Assembly: GCA_028534125.1 (NCBI GenBank)
Contig: CM052816.1
Coordinates: 37,202,001-37,266,000 of the forward strand
Reading direction: 5' to 3'
DNA length: 64,000 bases
DNA from: Lama glama
Taxonomy: Eukaryota
Shown here: positions 54,880 to 64,000 of the stretch, piece after piece
Layout of the letters: every line of letters begins with the position of its first letter
Position numbering within the stretch: position 1 is the first letter of the stretch
Notes under the pieces: model-generated
The model's database searches: none
Told to the model about the DNA's origin: nothing
What the model saw: the letters and a program-made list of their open reading frames with translations, nothing else
Made by a program: the position numbers and the translations under genes

Positions 54880-55310
54880 TCATCTCCCAGAAATCCTTCT
54901 TCTATCTCCTGCTATTTAATTAAATAGAAATAATTTCTTCTCCTGAACCACACTTTAAACTTTCTTGACTTGGCGCTTTTCCTGTACTTCTAGTAGGTTG
55001 GAGGTCCTTTCCTTTATTTTCACTTGTCCAAAGCATGCACAGCTCTCAAGTTTTGGTACTTGTTTCCCCTTAAAGGGTTCCTAATCCTCCCAGCTGGAAA
55101 TAATTGGCAAAGGGCACCATCTCTGCTGTAATAGCAATTTGTAAAGCTCTCAAAATACTTAGCACATTCTGTCTTGTATTATAGATTTGTTTATATCTCT
55201 CCTCAATTCTCCTAGACTCTAAGCTCCTTGAGGTTAAAGATCACATTGTATGGCTCATAATATTTCACACAATGTCTTAAATTTAGTAGTCACTTAATGT
55301 AAGTTTGTAG
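54880..55310 (+). mobile_element. Degenerate L2 3' fragment
   Basis: ...ttgtttatatctctcctcaattctcctagactctaagctccttgagg...cacacaatgtct...tagtagtcacttaatgtaagtttg. Confidence 0.6.
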
Positions 55311-57684
55311 TAAGTACTAGGTTAAAATACATCAAAAACTACATTTAAAAACATTGCTCCACTTCAGTGTACATGTTTAAGAACATTCTCTTCAGAAAAC
55401 TCACAAAATTTAAAGAAGTTTTAATTAGTAGCTTAAGCATATGTGGAAACTGATTTAAATTGCAGAATTTTTCCTCAGAAATTTGTCTGGCGAGATGAAT
55501 GAAAGTGCATATATATCTAATATACAAGCACCAAATAGTGCAATTCCTTTTTGGCAAAATGCACATCCTTCAGTGATACAAGAAAAAAAATATGTTATTA
55601 TGTAAGTTGATCACAAATGTTAACATTTAATTTTTATCATGCTTTCTGGAAATAAAGTTAAAAGTAAAATGATACAGATAAAAGTAAACACTAATCCAGA
55701 ATCTAACTGAGTTAACAAATCTGGGACTCATAAATTCTTAGCATAGTTGAGAGCTGCATTTCAGTGATGGCTGGAATTAGACACGATAGGTCCATTTTAC
55801 ATAATGGTGAATGAGAAGATTATTTCTTTAAGACTTAGAGGAGGCGATATAATGCCTCTTGATTTTCAAAAACTATATTGTGACTATAATTCCATGTTTT
55901 TGTAATTTGTTCGATTTATAGATTACTTTGTAATTGATCATTTATATCTGTGTGTTATTTCATCATATGAATTCTTCATCATTTACTACAAATCCATAGA
56001 CACTGGACATTTAGTATATGCATATAAAGGATAGTACTTCTAGTAGGTTGGAAGCCCAAGATTCTTAGGGGCTGGAGCACTAGGAAGACTTACCCTAAGA
56101 GAATGACCTTCACTTTATCCTCACATAGTCACTCAGTAATCTGTTGGTTTTGTTACCACTTCTTGAAGCAAAGGGCTGGCACAAATATTTTCAGAGACTC
56201 CACAATATTCTGATGACTATGAACCACTTCCCACTCCCCCCACCACCCCCCCAACACACAACCTATGCTCCTTGAAAGGCTCTGAAAGAGGGTATCAGCC
56301 ACAGCAGGACATCTCTGCGGCAACATGGAAGAGAAGAGGCTTTCTTCCTGCAACAGAGGACAATATCCTTGAGTGTTGCTCTGTATAACTATCTTCATGC
56401 AATTACACATAAATACATATCCATATATAGTTATATATTTTATATATATAGTTATATATAGTAAAAAATGTATCATATGTTCTATTATATATGGTGCTGT
56501 CATTCTATTGATTTATTTTTCCATATTCCCATAATTATCTCATTGACATAAGTTCCTAGATTTAAAGTAAGGACGTGAACAGGGGGTGGGTGAAGGGGAA
56601 TCTATGCATTACTTTTTGCTCTGTATATCTTATCTTGAATTTATGATTTTATTAAGTGTGCCTTCTATAATTTTTTTATACACATTTTGAACAAAAATAT
56701 TTTTCTCTGTATTTTGTATTTGTTTTCCTATTCCTTACTCTTGTGAATTTATGTCCCTATTTCTCTTTATCTGAGTATGCCAAATTTTTTTAAATTGTTT
56801 TTTTCAATACGTAAGCTATATAATTTGTGGGATATACTGTATAGCTCACTGGTAGACGTGTTGGCATTCTCCTGGAGATGTCAGAAGCTAATTGCTGCTC
56901 TGGTTTACAGAGGTGACCTCAGGAATGTTCTTGGATCAGGCTACATTTTCCCCTCGAGTCTGAAGCCGACTAGTTAGAACAGTTTTCCTCCTTTAGATAG
57001 GATGCAGTGCACCTAGAGGTTAGTTTAGTATTTAAAAGTTGAAGCCTTTGAAAGTCTTGGAGAGTCTTTGGTGAGTCATTCTACAAATAGATTTGTCTCT
57101 AGTCACTTGGAAAGACACTCCTTAATTGTTTTCTGATGCAGATATTCCTAAATTCATTTTAATTCATTTTAGATTTATTTTACTATTATTTTTCTAGCTT
57201 TTTGTCCAGTGGATTATTTGTTTTTAACGTGCCTCATTTAATGGAAGTACCTTAGTTATAAAAATTTTCCTGGCAGTTAACATTTCCTCTATTTTGCTAA
57301 TTTTATATTTAATATTCCTTTCCCCCATCATTCTAGAGTTTTATTTGTTCCACTCTCCTTCCCAATCTCTCTCTCTCTCCTCACCAGTTTCTATTCCTAT
57401 TTTCCATTAAAAGAAAAATCAGAATTCTCTCTTCCATGAGACTTCGTGTTTTAAGATTTCTGTGCCCTTGACCACGCTGTGTCTCCACTTACAGGTGACT
57501 GGGCTCCATAATGGGGACAAGCAAGATATTCTGCTTCCATCTGGGAGTGACTTTCTAGTGTGGCTGATGCATATAAACAGAGAACAAATATGCTAGTGTA
57601 TAATGTCGTACATTCACAAAACTTTTGAACCAAAACGTATTTTAGCTCTCCTTCTGTACCTGTTAGAATTGTGGAATTATTTAA

Positions 57685-58050
57685 TTTTTTTTTTTTTTTA
57701 CTGAGGTAACATCAGTTTATAAAATTATGTTTCATGTGTATAATATTATATTTCTACTTCTGCATATACTACAGTGTGCTCACCTCCAAAACTAGTTTCC
57801 ATCTGGAACCATACAGTTGATCTGCTTTACCCATTTGTTCTCCTCACTTTCCCATCTGGTAACCACTACTGTCTTCTCTATGTGTTTGTCTTTGTTTGAT
57901 TTGATTTGTTCATTTATTCTTGTGTTTGTTTGAAATCATAAGGTATTTGTCTTTCTCTGTCTGACTTATTTCACTTAGAATGATACCCTCAAGGGCCATC
58001 CACGTTGTCCCAAATGGTAAGATTTCATCTTTTTTTTAATGGCTGAGTAG
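57685..58050 (-). mobile_element. L1 3'-UTR insertion with long poly-T tail
   Basis: Poly-T then ctgaggtaacatcagtttataaaattatg...; homologous to the 3' end at 40830-41200. Confidence 0.88.
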
Positions 58051-58621
58051 TTTAAGGTTCCTATTTTCTAAATAGTTTATAAGTACCATTTGATTTTTTT
58101 TCCTTTCCCAGACAATTAAATGAGTTGTTTTCAAAGAATTCCCTCGGTTTGTTTATCCTTTTATATTAATATTTAGCATAATTGGACTTTGGTCAGATAA
58201 TGTCATGTGTAATGTTCCCTCTTAATATATTGAAGTATCATTGAACTTAATACACTACCAGTTTTTGTGAAACTCCACAGACATTTTAAAATAATGCGTT
58301 CTCTCCTGTCTCCGTGTGGAAAGAAGAATCTTTAATCCTCACAAGTTTGTATTACTAACGCTAGTCCATGGATGAGCTGAGACTCACACAGTTTTAACTT
58401 CCTGAAGTGAACTTTGGTTTGGTTTGGCATAACTGAGACTAGACTCCCTGCCTGATTCCAAGGATCTGCTATCATTACTACTTTATAGGATCTTCCTGTG
58501 GGATCCAGGAGGTGACAATACACAAAGCAGTTAATATGGATGGAAAGGGAGGAATAGATAGTTTCAATACTGTACCAGAAAGAAACCAAAAAAAAAAAGG
58601 TATTCCAAAACATTAGTACAT

Positions 58622-59092
58622 TGTTATGGAGCAAATAGTTCACTGCCGGATGTGCAGAGAAGCCAATAATAGTATGGCAATGGCTTTTGAGAAAAGAAAG
58701 AGCTTTATTGTGGAGTTGACTGGCAAAGAGACAAGAGGCAAGGCTCAAATCTACCTCCATCAGCCAGGTTTCAGGAAGAAATTAACGGCGCTGGGGAAAT
58801 TTCAAACTTGGAAGCTGATTGGTTAGTCTCAAATCAGTGTATAAAAGCTACTCGGGCTGCAGGAAGCCAGATATTCCTTATTGGTGGACTTCTCACTTCA
58901 TGAAGGGCTCCAGCATTTCTATTCTTTGAGTTATGAAGATTCCTGGCTCCGGGGTTATCCTGGAGACAGGGGTTGCTGTCTCACACACGTGCAGTGCTGG
59001 CGCTGTGAAATAGCTCCAGGTGTGTTTAATCAACCACTTACTTAAAGAGGCAAAACCAGTTTCAGCTGGCCAGTGTTTTACGTCCTGTTTCA
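58622..59092 (-). mobile_element. ERV1-class solo LTR
   Basis: 471 bp bounded by TG...CA (minus strand begins TGAAAC and ends TAACA); minus-strand AATAAA at 58704-58709 and CCAAT near 58820; end motif tgttatggagcaaatagttcactgccggatg resembles ERV1 LTR U5 ends. Confidence 0.75.
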
Positions 59093-59943
59093 CTATATCC
59101 ATATGAACGCCAAGAGGGAAGGAATTGAGCTCTTCTGAAGGTAAGGAATTAGAGAGAAAACAGAGCATGGCCCTGGCTTTTCATATATATATCTTACATC
59201 ATCTGTGTTGGAGGAAATGGTGACATATGGAAGGAATACATGACAACCCGGAAAAACAAAAAGGCATTGTGCACTGGGAGGAATAAGTCTGTGGCATCCA
59301 TATTGCCTTCTGAAATACCTAAATATCTTAATTTTAGACATAAAGAAGAGTCAAAAGTAGCAGTGAGGAATGGAAATGTACTTAATCATATAGAACACTT
59401 TATTATAAATACATTTTTTGTTTTAATAAAATTATTTTGATTTAAGGAATCTTACTTTGTATTTCTTTGATTTTTATATGCTTTTTTCCAAATATATGTT
59501 TTTATATTTTCTTTACCGCAGGGGTTTTTAGATCACATGGATTAATAAAGTTGAGGAAGAATTTTGAATATTTAAATGTGTATTCTTTAAATAATTTATT
59601 CAAATAGTAAACATAGTGGCATGGTTAAAAAAAATTAAATGATACAAAATGATATATAGTGAGCAACAACAGGTCAATTTTTTGCATCCTCACATCACCT
59701 AATTGTTTATAGCTAAGCCTATGTTTGGAATTTTGTATCTTTAAATATCACCACTCTTATCCATTGTGGTGGACTGTTTTCTCATGCTTCAGAAGATGGA
59801 CAAAATAGCCTTTCCGAAACAAAACAGCATAAGCCAAGCATTATATGTGAGGGAGAAATGTGGGCGAAGGGCAGCCTGAATACCAGCGTGAAAGATGACA
59901 AACAGACAGCACCATTTAATTCACAGAGGCCTTCCCTCTACAG

Positions 59944-60072
59944 GGCTGCAAGGATCCCCCCAATTCTGCTTACTTATCTTCGGTGGTGCCCAGTTTGTTG
60001 GTTTGGGGATCGTGGAGAATTCTGAAGCCCAGGACCACCTACATCAATGAGGAGTATGCCCGCCTGACACGG
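59944..60072 (+). other. Candidate internal exon (129 nt, frame-preserving), host gene unknown
   Basis: Acceptor ccttccctctacag|G, donor CGG|gtgagt, phase-0 frame without stops; no homology recognised. Confidence 0.35.
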
Positions 60073-61614
60073 GTGAGTGTTATCCTATGCATCTGTTGTT
60101 TGTTACTTTGAAGGTGCTTTATATATCCATTGCTAATAAACGTACCACAGTTGCCCTCTAACATATTAAGGATATCTTGTCTAATAGAGTCTGGCTGGTC
60201 AGAGTTAGCAGGAAGCAGTTTGAAGGACAACAGGGGTCTTCATACTCACCAGACATGTATTTATTTAGCAATCACTTATGGTGCTTGCCATTGTTTGCCA
60301 CTGAAATTTCCTGGGCTAGCCATTGCAAATAAGATCTAGCTTCTTCCTGATCGCTTTTATTCTCTGACTTTAGAGCAAAACATCATTAATAACCAGCTGC
60401 AATGATATATTTTTGAGTTGATATCGATATACATAGTGTGGCAATTCTGAATATGTTAACTGAAGTTTATTTCTGCCTTCCTGCGTTTTGGTATGCCTGT
60501 TTCAAGGAAGAGATACTTCTCGGCTTAGAAATGAATTTATCGCATAGCTTTGTTCAAATTCTACTGTAATGGGGTATCAGCTCCTAGATAGCTGTTTTCC
60601 TGATGTTACAGGAGTTGGGGCTATAGATGTATATACTGAAGAAATCCCTAGGGCCATATGTGTTCTTTTATTATGATAATGTTACCATTAGTCTTGATTG
60701 CTTTTGACAATGGTTACGGAATTGCCCAAAGCAAGAAGTTTAGTTTTGTTCACATTTTCCCCCTTAATTTGGGAGAGTTTTTATTTTACTTTGCTTTGAG
60801 ATGAGTTCCTGTGCTGTTATTATGGCATTTGATGTGGCTTGTCATTGTAGTAATCAATTTTATATTTTCTTCACGCCAGTTCAACATTCTGCTTTTGACG
60901 AGCACTTTGTCATATTTACTAGGGTTCTTGTCATACATAGGAAAACGCTTCCTCTATTTGTCTCCTAAATTTTCCTTTTTCCCTTGTTAGTAATTTTGCT
61001 ATCTCTATATCAATGTTCTGGCTGGTTGCAATTACAAGTTTTCCCAGCTGGGAGCTTGTAGCATTTTCTTAGTCTCTGCAACAAGCCGATCTATTCTGCT
61101 ATGAGTTTCAATTGTTTCACCTCCGTGTTCTGCATTTTTACCAAGCTTTGTTGAAAAGGAACTGTTGAAATTTGAAGGGTTAGACGTTTGAGGGTTTTTT
61201 TTTTTGGTGGTGGTTGTTGTTTGTTTGGGTCTTTTTGCATATTTCAACTGAGACAAACTTTGTGCTGCTTAGATATCTTCCTAGTGAGATGAATTCTTTT
61301 TGGCTGAGCTCTTGGAATTGCTGCCTAGAGATTCTGATTCAAGTTTAATCTGTAAAAATGCCAAAGGCAAAAAGTGATTAAGTTCAAATTCTGAATGAGA
61401 AACAAATTGACCCTGCCCATGGCAACAAACATTAAGAAGATTGTTATTTTGTATTCAGTGATTTGTGAAGATCTGTGTGTGTGTGTGTGCAGACATGTAT
61501 GTGGGTATGTGTTCGCCACTGAATCAGTCTTCATTATTTTCAGATTGCTGCCAATTTCCTGTCTGTTTTTTCAAAAAAATTCTGTTGACAGTGAAGATGT
61601 TCCTCTAGGAGAAT

Positions 61615-61775
61615 GAGTCTCAAATTGCAAATCAGAATCACCTGAATGGCTGCTTAAAGCACAGAAATTTTGAATCAGTAGGTCTGGTGTAGAGCCCAAA
61701 ATATGCATTTCTAGTATGTTGGCAGGTAATGCCAACATTGTTGGTCAGGGGACCAAACTGCTCTAAGCAATGGGG
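61615..61775. mobile_element. MER5A-like hAT-Charlie DNA transposon
   Basis: atcagaatcacctg...tgaatcagtaggtctggtgtagagcccaaaatatgcatttcta...caggtaatgcc...ggtcaggggacca. Confidence 0.8.
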
Positions 61776-62669
61776 CATTTGATAATAATGAGTCCTAAGT
61801 TTCTAAGTCAAAACCTTTTATATTTTTTAGAATATTATTCAAAGGCTCCTTTTGGCATGATCTTTTGGCTCCTTTGGCATGACTCAAAAATCGAAAATTC
61901 TCTAAGACTGCAAAATTTTAAATTACACACATACACTCCTCTGAAAAGGATGAGTTGTCGATTTGACTTAAAAATTTATTTCTGATATAACATAGGTTGA
62001 GATAAAGGAAGATTTATCTACAATGTTCCAAAACATTACTTCAAAAACTATACGTAAGAAAGCAAACACACAACAATGGAAGGAAACTTTAAATAATAGC
62101 CTAATTTGAAACAACACTGAAGCAAGTTTGATTTTCTACTCAGTATCACTTTTATTTTTCAAGTCGCCAAAAATTGATTGATGATCTGGTTATAAATCAT
62201 TTTCAGATTTGGTTTGGGAAAGTTAGACCAAAACTTCTAAGCTGAAAGGATAAAAAAAGGTTTTCTATATGAGTATACTTTAGAAGCTAAAGAGTTAGAG
62301 AAATAAGGCAGGTTCCTAGATTAACCAGAGAGCCACAATTACTTTATCTAAGAAATTTAAAAGTAATTAATAGCAGCCACTAAAATGTTGAAGTATAGAA
62401 ACTGGAAAACATACTGTACTCATAAAATTAATTTAAGTATTATTTTGGTCTCAACTTACATTTCGATAATACGCAAAACAAAATCTTTTTGGAAATCTGT
62501 TGGGAAGATGGCCTGGAATGTCTCGAAACAGTGTTTGAACAATAGAAGAACATCTGTTCTGTTTTCTGTTTTGAGTTGTTTCATATGCCTCTAAAGTCTG
62601 GCATAGCAAGTTTTGTTGTAACTTTTAATATTGTAATTGTTTCAATTCCTTATTATCTAATATCTATTA

Positions 62670-63010
62670 TTTTAATAGCTTAACTGAGAAGACTGACATA
62701 CAGTAAACTGTACATATTTAAAGTGTACAATCCAGTTAGTTTTGATGCAGATACATGCTGAGATTGGCAAAACAATCACTATGTTAACATGTTTACCATC
62801 CCCCAAAATTTACCCTGTCCCTTGTAATGCTTCCCACACACCTTCCTTAACACTTTTCCCTATCCCCCCAAAACCATGGATCTGCTTTCTGACACTATAT
62901 GTTACATGGCATTTCCTACAATTTTAAGTTAATGGTATCATACAGTTTCTACACTTGTTTCTGGCTTAAAAAAATCAGCTTAATTATTTCGAACTTCATC
63001 CATGTTGTAA
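62670..63010 (-). mobile_element. Old L1 (L1MB/ME-like) 3' end
   Basis: gacatacagtaaactgtacatatttaaagtgtacaa...accatcccccaaaattt...atctgctttctgacactata...aatggtatcatacag...ttcatccatgttg. Confidence 0.8.
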
Positions 63011-63316
63011 CATTTATTCAGAATCCCATTTAGGGCACCCTCCTGTTCATGTGTTCTCCCCACCACTGCAGAACACAGGAAGAAAAGGGAGTAGTGCTTG
63101 TCTGCTATACAAATCCATTTTCACAAGTATCTATAAAAGTAATATAACAGAAGCTGAGTTGAAATATTTATTTTCTCTCACCTCACATCCTTTCTGGGAA
63201 AAAAAAAAAAAATTCCCCAGCTTCCACTTCTCAACTCTACCCCAGCTAGAAACCCAGTTCCCGAATGGGACTTGGAGAATGGAATAGAGTGAGAATGATT
63301 TCCCTCAATACTTTTC

Positions 63317-63530
63317 TTTTTTCTTTTATTGAATTTAATCAGTTATAATGTGTCAGTTTCATATAATGTGACTCATATGTGGAATCTAAAAGAAAAAAAA
63401 AAAGAGGACAGCAATGAGCTCATCTACAAAACAAAAACAGACTCGCAGACATAGTAAACCAATCTTACGGTTAGCAGGGGAAAGGGAGTGGGAAGGGATA
63501 AATTTGGGAGTTTGAGATTTGCAAATGATA
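63317..63530 (-). mobile_element. Tiny young L1 insertion with 5' inversion and perfect 16-bp TSD
   Basis: TSD tccctcaatacttttc at 63301-63316 and 63531-63546; antisense poly-A/3' end to about 63372, then sense 3'-UTR segment (catatgtggaatctaaaa...gggaagggataaatttgggagtttgagatttgc). Confidence 0.93.
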
Positions 63531-64000
63531 TCCCTCAATACTTTTCATAAAATAAGCTGTACCCGAAAGTAAAACACTCAGAGGAATATATCAAAAACAA
63601 GATAAAGTGTACCTACAATATGCTATACTTAAAGGAAAACTACTCAAAACACACATAAATCTCTCAACTACTTAGCCTTCTCTGGCTGTCTTTCTCTGCC
63701 CAGATCCCCCTGTTCCTGAGTGCCCTGTCTGGGTCTGGCCTCCAGACTCTGTGGAACTTAACTCCCCTACCTTGGGTTTCCCTAGGTGTTTATTAAGAGA
63801 AAATTTTGACAAGGAATATTAAAACTGTCGCAGAGTCAGATGGGAATCCAGACAGTTTCTGGATGAGTTTAAGAGATGCAGTAGAAACTCCTAGAATGTC
63901 ACAGTCCTGAATCAAGCTTGTGTTCAGTGGCTCAAATACATTTTTATAAATGTAAGATAAGTCAGTCTAATATTTCAATCAATTTGTAGCTAAAGAGTTC

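Noticed and set aside
54991..55000. tagtaggttg matches part of let-7
   Set aside because: Only 10 nt, lacks the 5' seed (tgagg), and no precursor hairpin is evident.
56838..56880. tatagctcactggtaga resembles a tRNA/SINE A-box
   Set aside because: No B-box or cloverleaf follows; too short to call a tRNA or SINE.
58332..58760. 142-aa ORF on the minus strand
   Set aside because: Starts inside the solo LTR at a non-ATG codon and runs into flank; no gag/pol/env or host similarity recognised.
1..64000. CRISPR arrays, operons or other prokaryote-type systems
   Set aside because: The sequence is mammalian repeat-rich DNA, with no regularly spaced repeat-spacer array or dense coding structure.

Overview
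AT-rich mammalian genomic DNA, intergenic or deep intronic, and dominated by interspersed repeats. The youngest LINE-1 3' ends resemble camelid/cetartiodactyl L1 3' UTRs as I recall them; this is an inference and was not searched. I see no intact protein-coding gene: nearly all ORFs in the track are decayed L1 ORF1/ORF2 pieces, their antisense frames, or chance ORFs. Supported content: several L1 copies, including a near full-length 5.6 kb element with target-site duplications (TSDs) and two clear 5'-inverted (twin-priming) insertions with TSDs; a full-length retroposed U1 snRNA pseudogene nested in an L1; MER58, MER5A and Tigger1-derived DNA transposons; MaLR/ERVL/ERV1 solo LTRs; L2/MIR fragments; and microsatellites. 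The best leads not explained by repeats are a 129-nt candidate cassette exon at 59944-60072, a templated duplication inside an old L1, a perfect 21-bp AT palindrome, and an exact 19-bp direct repeat 1 kb apart. I found no convincing evidence of a new biological system. Repeat subfamily names come from memory of consensus sequences, and boundaries without TSDs are approximate.
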